A stretch of 63,227 bases of DNA, filler included, from Rhizaria sp. SCN 62-66 (GCA_001724265.1; 11 parts of 11 records of this genome joined end to end with filler, not necessarily neighbours in it); one strand, 5' to 3'. Counted from the first letter of the whole stretch, positions 36,275 to 49,101 are shown. Notes: a model not told the origin generated them from the sequence alone. Made by a program: numbers and translations.

Positions 36275-38698
36275 TCCTGTGGTGATCTCAGGTGAGGTGA
36301 GCTTGAGTGCGTCCTTGCTGATCACGTACGGGTCGTTGGTGGACACACGTGAAGCTTCGTTAGCAAACACAACACGCATATCGGAAATAGCGCAGGAGAT
36401 CATTGATTCAATAGCCGTGTACTGTGTGACAGTGATTGTAATCTTATTGCTTGTCGCGGCAATCGTGCATTCGCCGCTTGTGCGTGTGGCTGATGAAAAG
36501 TCAAATGACGTCAGAGCCGTGGTTAGAACAAGCTGTGAGCCAACGGAAAGTATTTCGCCAGCTTCAATGTTAAATGTGCCGGCGAACGTAGAGGCAACCT
36601 GCGTAAAGTTACCTGATACAGGTGTCAACACAAGAGAGCTTGGAGTGTAACTAAATGTCGTCGAGTGCAATTTAGCAACAATAGGCGCCTGCAACGATGT
36701 CGCCACCGTCACAGGGTTGCCCGTGGTAGCTTGTGAAGTCAGATGAACCATGAGACAATAACCTGGAATCGACGGCGTTGCAGTACCTAGCGGGAAAACT
36801 ACATTGGTAATGTTTAACTGGACCTTGCCTGAGCCAAGAGTGGCATTGGCGGAGCAGGAAAACACGAAACGCGTTGTGGCAGCCGAAACCGTTGAGCAGC
36901 CCGAGTTGGTGATTGCAGAGCTCGTCGAGAAGAGTACGGGCGAGCTGTCGCAGAAGCGAATCGTGCCCCGCACGCCGTCAACGCTGCTAAAAAGAGACTC
37001 AACGCCAGCACCATACCAAGTAGTAAATGCGGTAGTGAATGTATCATTTGGGCCCGATGTGCCGGTACGTTGAAGACCCTTAACAGTAAACTCCAGCTGT
37101 GCAGGCGTGTAGATGCGCGTGTTACCAGCGTAGTTACCACATCCGTAGAAATGCCACATTTGATTGCTATATGCAGTATAGTAAGCCGCTGGCCTCGCAG
37201 ACACTGACAATGTTGTTGCAGCATAAGTAGCCAATGTGTTAGCTGCCGTCGCAAGAAAGCGCAGGGTAATGGAGTTTGCGGCGTTATGATTGAAAATATG
37301 GTAGCCAAGATTTACGCGGAACACGTACTCCGTGTTAGATCGTTTCTCTCGCAATGAAATTGAATAAATAGTTGCTTCGTTTGCCTCAGTAAAAGGAGCA
37401 GAGAATGGGATTAAGGAATGACCAACAGCAATATAACTCAAATCCGTCACAATGGCTCCAAGGGCTGAGGTGATATCAATCTCAATATCAACAATAGAAG
37501 CACTGAATAGAGAGCCATAACTAGAATCAAAACCTGCTTTTGTTGCAGCAAGTGTGCGTGCGATAAAATTGCGGAAGCTCAACTCTAGAATGAAAGATGT
37601 CTCTGTTCCTGATCGCGGTGACGCGAGGCTACTCAGAGAAACACTGAGCATGTAGGAATCAAACTGCGTCAAGTCACTTGGGGTCATCAGGTATCCTCCT
37701 ATGGAGTACAATGGCACGGTTGATGAGCCATGATGGGCGACGGTTCGACCGTCGGAGTTACAACCAGGCTTGCGCAGCGTCGCTGACTTCGACGAGCCAG
37801 GAAGCATTGAGATCCACATTTTGTCCGTGTAAGACAGTGTTGAGGGGCATGATTGGATCTGAATCCCTGTAAAAATGTCGTAACACTCAGAACTGTCACA
37901 CTCCTGCTCCTTATACAGCTACGCACCCTGGCAGGGGGAATCTATATAACCAGTTAGAGGTTCAGGAAAACTTAAAACATCTGGACCGAAGTACACCAAA
38001 AAGTACGTACACCCGGTACATGCCAACGATATTTGATTTTCTGCGGTATAATAGAAAACATCTTCAATCGTTGTCTTGCCAGCTGCCATGTACTCCCTCG
38101 AAACGAGAACGCGCACGCCCGTGACATAGGCCCCTTGCATTGCTTGAGAACTAAAGCTTTGGAACTGTTTCTGATGTTGATGCTATTGCCTTTGCAGTGC
38201 TGTAGAAGTATATCCCAACTCTGTGGCGGTGCGACTGCTGCGACTTTTGACACCTCCCCTGGCACGCAACTGGTTTCGGCCGGCACGCTTTGAGTGCGAG
38301 GAGGCGGCGTGCTGAGCACGCTGAACGATCGCTTGCTCAGGAATATCAAGATGCCCACCTGGTTTATAGTTTGACAACATGCTGTCAAACGATTCATCCG
38401 TTGCATATGCAAGTCGACGCTGCAGGTTTGGCGGCAAGTGCGCCGGGTTCTCGTAAAGAATTTCGCGCAATGTTAAGTTGCTCGTGAGCCTATCTACGAA
38501 ACGCATGTATGCCTCAGCGCGCTGCGCCGAGTCAATCCGACTCTCCACAGGTCGCGGAATGTACGCAGCAAGAGGTGCGCTTTGTAAGTCACGAGGTCTA
38601 CCACTACTGCGAGCGTTCGGTTGCGAGTCCACATAGTCAAATCTTGTTGGGAAGAAGGCGGCAACCCCACAGAAAAGGAGACCTAGAGCGAACAACAT
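36275..38698 (-). CDS. Large secreted or surface protein, 3' partial, read through two in-frame TAG (38183-38185, 37919-37921)
   Basis: Three consecutive ORFs in one frame. Signal peptide MLFALGLLFCGVAA. Junctions TALQRQ*HQHQKQFQ and SPCQGA*LYKEQECDSSEC. Ser/Thr-rich beta modules with Cys pairs. Confidence 0.85.
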
Positions 38699-39683
38699 GC
38701 GCTCAGGGCGCCAGGGCGCACGCACATGATGTTCCAGGGGCTGTCAAGTAAATCTAGGAAGATAACTGTTATCAAAAGAATGCCAATGAGAACGGCTTGA
38801 GTGTTGGCTTGGGCTAAATGTGCCATGTCAGAGGCGAAATATTGGTTCGAGGAGGGCGGTGGGGCGGTTGAGGGCGGTGGGGGCGAACGTGAAAAGCAAA
38901 CAACATATTTGAGGAGATAAAAGATAAAAACAGGTGATGTGAGATGGCAAAATACTTTAAAACATGGGGGAAATATAGATAAACATCGTAAAACACTTTG
39001 AAGAAGATCTAAAAGTACGCCTATGCTGGCAAAATAGTGGACTTAGGCTGGCTCCAGCCACGGTGAAGGACGCAGTATCAAAAAACAAGCACTGTTCAAT
39101 AAGCCTTTAGCCAATTGCAACAAAAAAAAAATATCAAAATAACGTAATAAAATAAAGGCGCGTTATGCCTATTTGATCTACAAATAGGCATGTACTGATC
39201 TCTAAAAACGAATCTCTTCACAATACTAAGGAGCAAGGCAAGAATTTGAGTGCACTGCTGAATGAAATGACCGTGACGTGAGCAAGGCGAGGAGCGCCCA
39301 CCATCAGGGGAAAAGCGCCAAAAATCCTGGTTCGTACAAAAACACAAACACAAAAGGAAGTTCTCAGAAGTCAAAGAACAACAATTATTAATGGTTTTCA
39401 AACATTTCTTGAAACAAACCTGTATAAAGTAGAAACAGAGACGAAACTTGAAGAGAACAAAACAAAGTTGAGAACTTGGTGAACAACTTGAACAGTTAGT
39501 GTACCTACTGAAGTCCAACCTCGCGGAGTAATTGTGTCATGCGAGGTGCCGGTAAGGACTTTCAGTTCGGCTTATCATCCACTTCAACATAATGTACTCA
39601 CTTTGGCTCACAGTAAGAAGCGATGTCCTTTCACGTCCCGAACGCGAACACAAGCTCTATCACGCCCCTGCCTGCCGGTTTCC

Positions 39684-40830
39684 ATGGCTTTGGTCACCGT
39701 CATCACCATCGCCGCCACCTGCACCGCAAGCGTCCCTTCGGTGGGTTCCCTCACGGCGCCTCTCGCCCCAGCGGAGGACTCTGACCGCGACGCGCCGCGC
39801 TGCAAGCGCCGCCGCCACATGATGCGCGCTGCAGACCCGTGTCGCCGCGCTCGAAGCCGCGCTCGCGCGGTCACCCGCTCGCGCAGTCACGCTGCTATTG
39901 CCTTTGCTGCTGCCCAGAGCGCGCCTGCTAAGGCTTCCGACTCTGACCGCGAGGGGCAAGCCCGAGCGCGGCTGCCGTCGTTGCTGTTACGGTGGCCGTC
40001 ACCACCGCCGCCATGGGGGCTTCGAAGACGGCAACTCAGCCAGCGAGAGTGAGGGCTGCGGTGACAAGCGCCCCCGCTGCTGGCTCCGCTCCTACGGTCC
40101 CGGCTTTGGCGCCGGCGGTCCATGCTCTGGCTTCAACGCGCACGTTGTGGGCTCCTTCGGCGCCGTCTTTGGCCCCCACAGCCCCCACGGCCCCCGCGAC
40201 TTCCACAGTCCCCGCGACTTCTACGGCCCCCACGGCCCCCACAGCCCTTATGGCCACGGCCCCCGCTTGACTGAGGCGTCGACCCACGGTCCCTTCGCCC
40301 ACGGCTCCCGCGGCCCTCATCCACGTGAGCAGTGGATCGCGCGCGCTCTCGGCCGCACGCTGCTCTCCCTTCAGCGCACTGCTGCCGACAGCTCCGCCGA
40401 CAACGCCCCGAGCGCGACCGCGCCCGCCGTCGCTGTGGCCACCGTGCGCAAGGCGGTAAGCACGTCCGCTGCCGACTCCGCGCCCGGCGAGCGCCTGCTG
40501 ACGGCCTTCCGCGCCTCAAGGCCTCCAACGCGCCTGCCACTATTGCCGCCGCTGCCGCCCTGCGCGCGCAGCTCCGCGAGCGCTGCGATGGCGAGGGCCG
40601 GCACCACGGCTTCGGCCGCCACAGCCGCGGCGGCTGACTGCGCCGCGCCGCCATCGCGCCGGCGGGCGGCCAAGAGCAAGACAAGCGCGCGCGACGACGA
40701 TGAGGAAGAAGAGGAAGAAGAGGATGGTGTTCTTCCTGCGCCCGCGGCCGCAGCCAAAGTCGCGCGTGCTGCTGAGCCAGAGACTCTGTCGGACGCGACG
40801 AAGGCCGCGAAGGAGGCTCTCGCGCAGTGG
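39684..40830 (+). pseudogene. Frameshifted GC-rich gene remnant with GPH/SPH repeats and an acidic tract
   Basis: Coding-like sequence switches frame repeatedly (ORFs 39534, 39898, 40332). Contains GPHSPHGPRDFHSPRDFYGPHGPHSPYGHGP. Confidence 0.45.
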
Positions 40831-41294
40831 TGAAGAAGGCCATCGACGCTGGGCTTAAGCACTATGAGCGCCAAACAGTCATGGACACCGTGTACAAAAA
40901 GCTCACCACTGCATTTTCGAACTATAACAAGACGGAATGCATGAACCCTCCCTCCAACGTGATCGTTCAGGTGAATAGCAGCGCCATGTCGACCGGCGAG
41001 ACCTTCACTGAGCACGTGCAGCTCCTGCGCGACACAACGCTTGTGGGTCGCTACAAGAACTGCACCATAATGCTTATCTGCGACTCTTCTCGTAGCCATA
41101 TGATAGCGTCGTTCCGCAAGTGGTGTTATCACAACGATGTGACGCTACTTTCCGTCCCTGCCCACGGGACGTCCCTGCTCCAGCCACTCGACATCACCGT
41201 CATCAAGTCATATCGCGCTCGGCTGCGCCAATATGACATTCTCTGCGCACTTGCGGGCTGCCTAAAGGATGTAAGCGGAGTCGACGTTCTGTAG
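40827..41294 (+). mobile_element. Degenerate DDE_1 (pogo/Tigger/Fot1-like) transposase fragment
   Basis: IMLICDSSRSH...LLSVPAHGTSLLQPLDITVIKSYR matches the family D..H..P.H.T..LQPLD motif. Truncated. Confidence 0.8.
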
Positions 41295-41897
41295 GGAACG
41301 CCATGACCTTTTAGGGAGAGCCGTGTGGAGGGTCCAAAGAGAGAGTTGACAGAGGTGGCAGGAGTTCGATGTGATAACAATGAGCTTAGAAAGAGAATTA
41401 CAAATCGTACGAATATATGCACTTAATACACTATGAAGCTTAATATCATCCCCGGTGACGATCACTAAATGTGTATTTGTCTTGGTCGGAATCAGTCTTG
41501 AGTGGGCCTTGCTCAAGCCCAGGTTTGCCTCACGATTTTGCGGGCAATGGAAGTGCCTGCACGAATCCGCATGTGACGGCAACGTAATCTCGTGATATTT
41601 CTTCTCCTGCATTCAGGCATTGCGTAGAATCTGTTGTGCTAACCTCATCGTAAACGGATGAGTCAAACCTGGCCTTAACCTACTGTTGCTTGCTTCTGCA
41701 GTGATGTCCGGGGCCGTCATCGAAAAGTGCACCTAGTGTACTATGGCAACACTACATTGACAAATGTAACGACATATATTATAGACTTGTTAGTTGTNNN
41801 NNNNNNNNNNNNNNNNNNNNNNNNNNNNNNNNNNNNNNNNNTTAATTAATTAANNNNNNNNNNNNNNNNNNNNNNNNNNNNNNNNNNNNNNNNNNNN

Positions 41898-43299
41898 GGA
41901 CCCGCTCGGCGGCCACCTCGGCGGCGACAAGGTCTACAGCCGCCTGAGCCGCCGCTTCTTCTGGGAGGGCATGCACCGCGACACGCATGCGTATGTCAAG
42001 ACGTGTATGGTGTGTCAGCAGCGCAAGTCGCCGCGTTTGCCCGGCCTCGGCTCGCTGCAGCCGATCGTGGTCTCTGAGCCGGGCCACACCGTCGCGCTCG
42101 ACTTTTGCGGCCCCTTCCCGGCCACGGCGCGCGGGAACGCCTACGTGCTGGTCGTGACGGACCACTTTACCAAGCACGTCGAGGCCTTCGCCACGCCCGA
42201 TCAGACCAAGGAGACTGTCGCGACCATTCTGGTCGACGAGTACTTTTGCCGCTATGGCGCGCCGACGCGCCTGCTGTCCGACCGCGGCGCCACTTTTCTC
42301 TCTGACGTCGTGCGCGCGGCGACGGACGCCTTTGCTGTCAAGAAGACCAACACGTCGCCTTACCACCCGCAGACGGACGGCTTGACCGAGCGGTTCAACG
42401 CGACTATGGCCAACATGCTCGCGTCCTTTGCCGCGCAGGACGACTGGGACCTCTATTTGCGCAAGGTGGTGTTTGCCTACAACACGGCCGAGCAGGCGTC
42501 GGTCGGCGAGACGCCTTTCTATCTGACTTTTGGCCGCGACGCGCGCTTCCCGTCGGATGCAACGCTGCAAGCGGCCGGCGCGGCTCCCACGCGCGGCGCT
42601 TTCACCGACGCGGCCGCCTATCGCGCTTTTCTCTCTACGAGTCTACACGCCGCACGCGCGGCCGCCAAGAGGGCCAACGACAAGCAGCACGAGCGGCAGC
42701 GCGCCGAATACAACGCGCGCCACCGCGACGTGCAGTTCGAGCCAGGGCAGCTGGTGTGGCTGTACTCGGCCGCCGTGTCGAAGAAGGCGCGCAAGCTGGA
42801 GCTTCCATGGACAGGCCCTTTCCGTGTCATCGAGCGCGCGTCGCCTGTCACTTATCGGCTTGAGCGCGATGGGCGCGCACTCAAGCAGCTCATTCACGTC
42901 GCGCGCCTCAAGGAGTGCCATTCGCGCGACGATCCTCCGCGCGCGCCGCGCACGGCCGCCATCCCTGCCGACGACACCTTCGACCCCGACATTGATGGCC
43001 TCGGCGATGCGCCGCCCGCCGCCCCCGCTACGGCCGCCGCTGTTCCCGACCACCCTGTGACACCGGGGCCGCTCGACGGCACTACTGACGTGTTCGCCGT
43101 CGAGCGCATCCTGCGCGTTGAAAAGCGCGGCCGGCGGAAGTACTATCAGGTCAAGTGGGCCGGCTACGATGAGCCGACGTGGGAGCCGACTGAGAACGTG
43201 CCGCGCTCCCTCATCCTCGCTTTCAGCCGCGGCGAGCGTTAGCGGCACGCGAGGACGCGTGCATTTGTCTTGGAGGGGGGCAGTGTGACAGGGCTGTGA
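41898..43299 (+). mobile_element. Ty3/gypsy chromovirus pol 3' part: integrase, GPY/F, chromodomain. TAG at 43240-43242; next TGA at 43297-43299
   Basis: GGHLG..CMVC, LDFCGP, SDRG, GLTERFN, WTGPFRV, and chromodomain FAVERIL..YYQVKWAGYDEPTWEPTENV. Confidence 0.95.
43272..43280 (+). promoter_or_regulatory. Polypurine tract
   Basis: GGAGGGGGG three nt upstream of the LTR TG. Confidence 0.85.
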
Positions 43300-43569
43300 C
43301 GCGGGGTTTGCAGTTTGCACCGATTTGCATTGCACTGGCAATGCAAGTCAATCGGCGGCCTGCAACGACCGCCCAGACCTGTTCGTGCTACCGGGCCCGC
43401 GCCGGTCAACGCCTTCCCCTTTCCGCGTGCCTCTTCCTTTTCCTCTTACCACGTGCTTCTTCCTTTTCCTCTTTCCACGTGTGTCGTTCTAGTGTTTCTA
43501 TTGGCCCTTTCGGGCATGTATATAAAGGGCCATGCGGCCCGAATAAACTCGTCTTTCCCCAGTGTCACA
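43284..43569 (+). repeat. LTR (286 bp)
   Basis: Terminal inverted repeat TGTGACA...TGTCACA. TATATAAA at 43519 and AATAAA at 43542. Flanked by PPT and PBS. Confidence 0.9.
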
Positions 43570-43570
43570 T

Positions 43571-43588
43571 TGGCGTCGCCTGCAGGAT
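43571..43588 (+). promoter_or_regulatory. Primer-binding site, probably tRNA-Ser
   Basis: TGGCGTCGCCTGCAGGAT complements a tRNA 3' end ATCCTGC-AGGCGAC-G-CCA (G73 discriminator and CCTGC T-stem, as in tRNA-Ser). Confidence 0.7.
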
Positions 43589-43676
43589 CCACTCCATCAT
43601 AGTGGTGACTAGGTCGGGACGGTTGACAGGCGAAGACCTCGACTCGGACAGGCGCAGCCCCGAGGTCGACCGAGCG

Positions 43677-46600
43677 ATGGCAACTGCAGTGCGCCAAGTA
43701 CCGCATCTGCGCAAGTTTGCGGGCCTCCATGGGGAGAACCTGGAGGCGTGGCTTCGCGATTTTGACGATTGGTGGGCCGCCACCAGCACCGATGCCGAAC
43801 GCTCAGACGATGAAAGCAAGGGCCGGTGGCTACGCCTCCACCTCGACGAACCCGCGAGGTCGCTGGGCGATGACGAGACCAAGAAGGCGAGCGCGTGGGC
43901 GGCAGTGCTTCGCACGAACTTTTCGACGACGACGATGCGAGAGGCCGCTCGCGCGGAGCTAAAGAGCCGCAAGAAAGCGGCGGGCGAGAGCTATGAGGAT
44001 TTCGGACGCGCGCTGCGCATCCTTGCGCTTCGAGCAGACCCCGGCATGCAGGAAGCCGAGGTCCTTCGCTTCTATTGGGACGGCATCGACACCCCCACTT
44101 TCATGGCGACGGCGGTGGCGCACGAGGACTGCAAAACGCTGCAACAGGCTGTGTCCCTCTGCCTGCGTGTTAACATGCGCTCTCGCGCAACCGCACCAGT
44201 CGCGACGGTCGCCGCAGCACCGTCCGAGCCTGCCGACACCGCCTCGATCGTCGCCGCCGTCCTCCAGCGCTTTGGCTTTTCACCAACCGGCCGTGCCAGC
44301 GAGCGTGCCGCGCGTCGCCAGAACCGGCCCTTCAACGGCAAGTGTCACGCGTGCGGCCAAGTCGGCCACATGGCGCGAGATTGTCCGCACGCCGCAAAGA
44401 GCACTCCCTCTGTCACTGCCAACAAATACAACAGGAACCGTTTGCCGTATCACAGGGAGAATAGGGAGGGTGTCCAACAAGAAGCGGAAGTGTTCTTTCT
44501 CAACAACGTTGCCAGTGTGGGCCATGCCGCCACCGGTGCCACCCCGACGCCCTTGCCCTGGCTGGCGCTATCCGTGCGCGCCGGCGGCACGCCCTTTGTG
44601 CCCGCAGTGGCGCTCGTAGACACGGGCGCCATGGTGTCCTGCGTCGCAGCGTCCTTCGCGACGGCGGCGGGGTGGCGCGCGACGCGACCGACCGCCGTGT
44701 CGCTGACGTCGGCCGCGCAGGCCCCGATCAGCGTGCTAGGTGAGCAAGACCTGACGCTCAAGGTGCCGGGACTTTCGAGCTGGAAGCATCCTTTCCTCGT
44801 CGTCGATGGGCTGCTGTGTGACGTGCTGATCGGCACTGACCTGCTGCTCAAGTGCGGCGCGATCGTTGATCTGCGAGGCCGCGAGTTTCGTTTCGGCCAG
44901 ACCGCGCTCTCCTTTGCCGCGCCGTCAGTGGGCGCGCCGCGGGAGTTGAACGCGTTGAAGGCGCAGGAGGACCCATCCACGACATCGCCTGCACGGCCGA
45001 GACAAGCGGCGCAGCGGAAGGCGCCGGTCATCGCGCCTGAAGACCTCATCAGCGACGAGGAGCTCACGCGCCGGCTTTTGAGCGGCGAAACGCCGCACGT
45101 GCTGGACGGCTCCGACAACGACGCGCTCGACCTTAGCTCCAAACTCGACCCGATCACGCGACCCGTGACGACGCAGGAGCTGATCGCCGCCGCGCGAGAC
45201 GCATCCGACGGCGACATCGTCGAGCCGTTGCAGTCGCTTTTGTCCGCGAGCGCGGACGTGTTCTCTTCCAACCCCAAGAGCCCTGGCGCCACGACCGCGG
45301 TCACGCACCGCATTCGTCTGCGCGACCCGACGCGCGCGCCAGTACGGGTGCCCGTGCGGCGCATGTCGCCAGACAAGGCCGCGGAGGTCGACCGGCAGGT
45401 GGAAGAGATGTTGGCGCACGGCATCATCCGCGAGAGCGAGTCGGAATGGGCCTCGGGCGTCGTGCTGGCGCGGAAGAGCGACGGCAGCCAGCGTTTCTGC
45501 GTCGACTACCGCCAACTCAACGACCGCTGTGAGCCGGACGGCTACCCGCTGCCGCTGATCGAGGACATTCTCGACGCGCTGTGCGGCGCCACGGTCTTTT
45601 CGACGCTGGATCTCGCGTCGGGCTACTGGCAGATCCCGTTGGAGCCCGCGTCAATTTCGCTGTCGGCGTTTGTCACGGCGTCTGGGCTGTACGAGTTTGT
45701 GGTCATGCCTTTTGGCCTGTGCAATGCGCCGGCCACATTTCAGCGCCTCATGAATGAGGTGCTCCGTGGGCTGCCGTTCTGTCGCGTGTACCTGGACGAC
45801 ATCATCGTCTTTTCGCGCGACGCGGCAGAACACGTGAGGCACCTCGAGGCCGTTTTCGAGCGGCTGCGCGGCGCAGCGCTGCACCTCAAGCTCAGCAAGT
45901 GTGCCTTCGGCCGCTCGTCCCTCAAGTACCTCGGCCATATGGTGTCGCGCGACGGCATCAAGCCACTCGATGACAAGGTCGCCGCCGTCCGAGACCGCGC
46001 GCCGCCCGCCGACGTGAAAGAATTGCAGTCTTTCTTGGGCCTGGCCGGCTATTATCGGCGTTTTGTCCCGCGCTACGCGCACATTGCGGAGCCGTTGTTG
46101 GCGTTGACGCGGAGTGACGCGCCGTTCGTGTGGAGCGAGGCATGCCAAGAAGCCTTTGCTGCCCTCAAGATGCGACTGACAGAACAGCCCGTGCTCGCCT
46201 TTCCCGACTTTTCGCGCCCGTTTGTCCTCATCACGGACGCGTCGTCGGTGGCCCTCGGCGCGGTGCTGGCGCAGCACGATGCGGCTGGTGTGGAGCATCC
46301 CGTGGCGTACGCGAGCAAGACGCTCAACGCGGCCGAGCGCAACTACTCGGCGACGGAGCGCGAGTGTCTCGCCGTGGTGTGGGCCGTCGGCCGGTTCGAG
46401 CTGTATCTCGCCGCGCGGCCATTCAAGGTGATCACGGACCACGAGGCGCTTCGCTGGCTGCTGTCTATCAAGAGCCCCGCGCACCGCCTCTATCGCTGGA
46501 CGCTCGCGCTCATGCCTTTCAAGATCGAGCTCGAGTACCGCCCCGGCGCGCGCAACGGCAATGCGGACGCGCTGTCGCGGCCGCCGATGGGCGCGTTGGC

Positions 46601-46959
46601 GGCGGTCACCCGCAGCGCCGCGCGCACTGCGAGCGCCGCGCCCTCTCAGCCCGCGCGATCAGCTGCCCCGCCTGTACTGCCAGTCGACGTGGCGCCGGCT
46701 GTGCCCGAGACGCAAGCGCGCGCCGACGCGTTTCCGACGGACATTGCCGCCGCCCAGCGCGCCGATGAGCGCCTGCGCCCCCTGATTGCGTACTTTGAGG
46801 CGGGCACTCTGCCGACCGCGCCCGGCGAAGCGCGCAGACTGGTCGAGAAGGCGGCCAAGTATGCGCTGCAGCGCGGCTGTCTCGTCTTTTTGCCGAACGG
46901 GCCGCGCCTTGTGCTGCCGCCGCCGCTGCAACGCTGGGCGCTGGAGCGCCATCACGATG
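43677..46959 (+). mobile_element. Ty3/gypsy single-ORF gag-pol (Gag, CCHC, PR, RT, RH, start of integrase)
   Basis: CHACGQVGHMARDC, ALVDTGA, RFCVDYR, MPFGLCNAPATFQR, YLDD, TDAS..ERECLA..TDH..ADALSR, ERHHD at the contig end. Confidence 0.97.
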
Positions 46960-47059
46960 NNNNNNNNNNNNNNNNNNNNNNNNNNNNNNNNNNNNNNNNN
47001 NNNTTAATTAATTAANNNNNNNNNNNNNNNNNNNNNNNNNNNNNNNNNNNNNNNNNNNN

Positions 47060-49101
47060 GTCCGGGAACGCAACAGCGACACGCACACCCCACTTTGCAC
47101 CCGTAGACGCTGTCACCATTGCCTGCGCGTCCGTCAACTGTGCAAGGACAACAGCAGCGGTGCGCTTATCGACATCTGTAACCAGCATTGTCGCAACAAG
47201 ACCAGAGTTGTCAGTGTTGTCATCGTCGGACTGAGCTCCTCCGCTGCTCTTGCCGTCAATACCGCGCAGCACTGAGAAGGTGGCACGGACAGTGCCAAAC
47301 TCGCAGGTGTTTCCACTGTCATCGACGCCACAGTCAACTGAATTAGCAGTCGCCGTGGTCTTCTCGCCAGTTTCCTTTGTTTTGATTTGATTGCCAATGC
47401 CATCTTCAACGTCGTCGCTGTCGTCAGTCTCAATCAGTTCGGCGACGGCCTTGGCGCGTGATCCGCAGGCGTCGTAGCTTGCAGCAAGGCTTGTTGACAT
47501 AATAGTCGCCGTAACTTCACCGACAAGCGCACATCGGCACAGGGGCAAAGCTGTCGCAGAAGTTGTAGGACTTGAGCCTGCGTCTGCGTTTGCACTGGAC
47601 GGTGTGCCTTCAACAGATGCGCCCGCAACGGCTCCATCTTCGCTATCTTGCAGTTGTGCCTGTTGAGACATTAGCAACGTGGAAGCACCGCAGCCGCAGC
47701 CGCGACGCACAGTGCACGTGAAACGCACGCCGCACAGCTCAACCGTGCCGATCTCAGCAAAGAAGCCGTCGCCGTTAGATGCAGAGAGCAAGTCGGCGAG
47801 TGGCACATCAGCTTTGCACGTGACCTCGCGCGGCAGTAACCCAGCAGTCGCATCGGTGGTCGCTGCCTCAAACGCAGCACGTGCAGCAGCCCAGGGCGTG
47901 TCAGCAAGTGTATTCATAATCACCTGTTCGTTTGGTTCGCTGCCATTTAGGTCTGCGCTGACGGATGCACTAGCGGTCGCACTTGTAAAAGGCCAGACAG
48001 GCCGTGACGCCAGGAGCCGACCGAGACGTGTAATACTTGGCGCATCGGTGGCGCCAGTCATGCTCGCAAGTGTATTTTGCGTCCGCGCTAGAACATCCAG
48101 TTCTTGCTTGGTGCGCTGTGACAGAAAGAGCCGCAGTTGCTTTGCCAACGCTGACAGGGGAGCACGTGCGTGGGATGCATACTGCGCAGTTGTCGTCGAG
48201 AGTGCCCTCAGTTTGGCCTCAGTCTGCGTGTGTAAGGCTTCAGTTAGCGCAGTCTCGTCCTTAAGTTGCTGCGCCAGTGTGGCAATGCGGGGAGTAAGAG
48301 TGGCGGCGTGAGAGCGAAGCTCAGCATGCTTGGCTGTAACACTGCGAATGGTGTGATCTTTATGTTCACCGTTGATTAGTGCGCAGTGGCTGCATACGAC
48401 GTTGACACAAGTGTCGCACCAGTATAGCATAAGCACGGGCTCGTCATGTTTGTAGCACCACTAACCCGTATAAAACAAGTATGAGTATGAATCATAGAAG
48501 GTAATATGAGTGAGGGTCAATTAAAACAGCAAGTTTCTGCATCGAAGAGATCTCAAATCCGAGGTTCAGTTGAAAGCACTTAATGATAATCTCTTTCCGA
48601 AAAGCACGTATAGAATACAACACCTTGATGTTGTCGCTGTATGATGTCGGCATCCATGCTGTTAAGACGTACACTCGGGTCGCGGTGCGCGGACTGGTCG
48701 AGAACAGAGACAGCAACAACATTTGCAGCACTACCATCGCCGCCACGGCTGTTGCCGTTGCCTGGCGGAGTGTGATCATGATGAGCGGACGAGACGACCT
48801 TGTCTTGCAGTTTACTTTCGGCCTGTGGCAGGAGAAGTGGTGAAGCAACATCAATGTTTAGCAGTTAGTGAGCTTTGCATCAATTGAGAGGCAGTTGCTG
48901 TCTATTTGATGCAATGATATTGAAGCTTGACAGTCAGTTGATACAGAGGAAGGAGACTTGCAAAATATTGAGAGCGAGCACGAGGAGTCGTAACATTGCA
49001 GTTACCTTAAAGCAAGCTTGACAAAGACTTGGGGGGCGACCTTTGCCTGCGAACTGAATTGTTTTGCCACATGCATTGCAGTTCGACACTCGTAATGTCA
49101 T
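47060..49101 (-). CDS. B-box plus coiled-coil protein with an N-terminal CxxC..CxxC motif. Exons 49101-49006, 48822-48673, 48460-<47060; 3' partial
   Basis: MTLRVSNCNACGK..LCQACFK|AESK..RDPS|WCYKHDEP..YWCDTCVNVVCSHCALINGEHKDH. Phase-0 introns GTAACT..CTAAC..CAG and GTACGT..TAG. Confidence 0.8.

Noticed and set aside
41292-41294. TAG ending the DDE_1 fragment
   Set aside because: The element is degenerate and a TGA follows three codons later, so it says nothing about the code
43296-43676. N-terminal 127 aa of ORF 43296..47015
   Set aside because: It spans the LTR and PBS. Gag most plausibly starts at ATG 43677.
48461-48463. In-frame TAG upstream of the B-box as another read-through site
   Set aside because: Better explained as the 3' splice site (TTAG) of a phase-0 GTACGT intron
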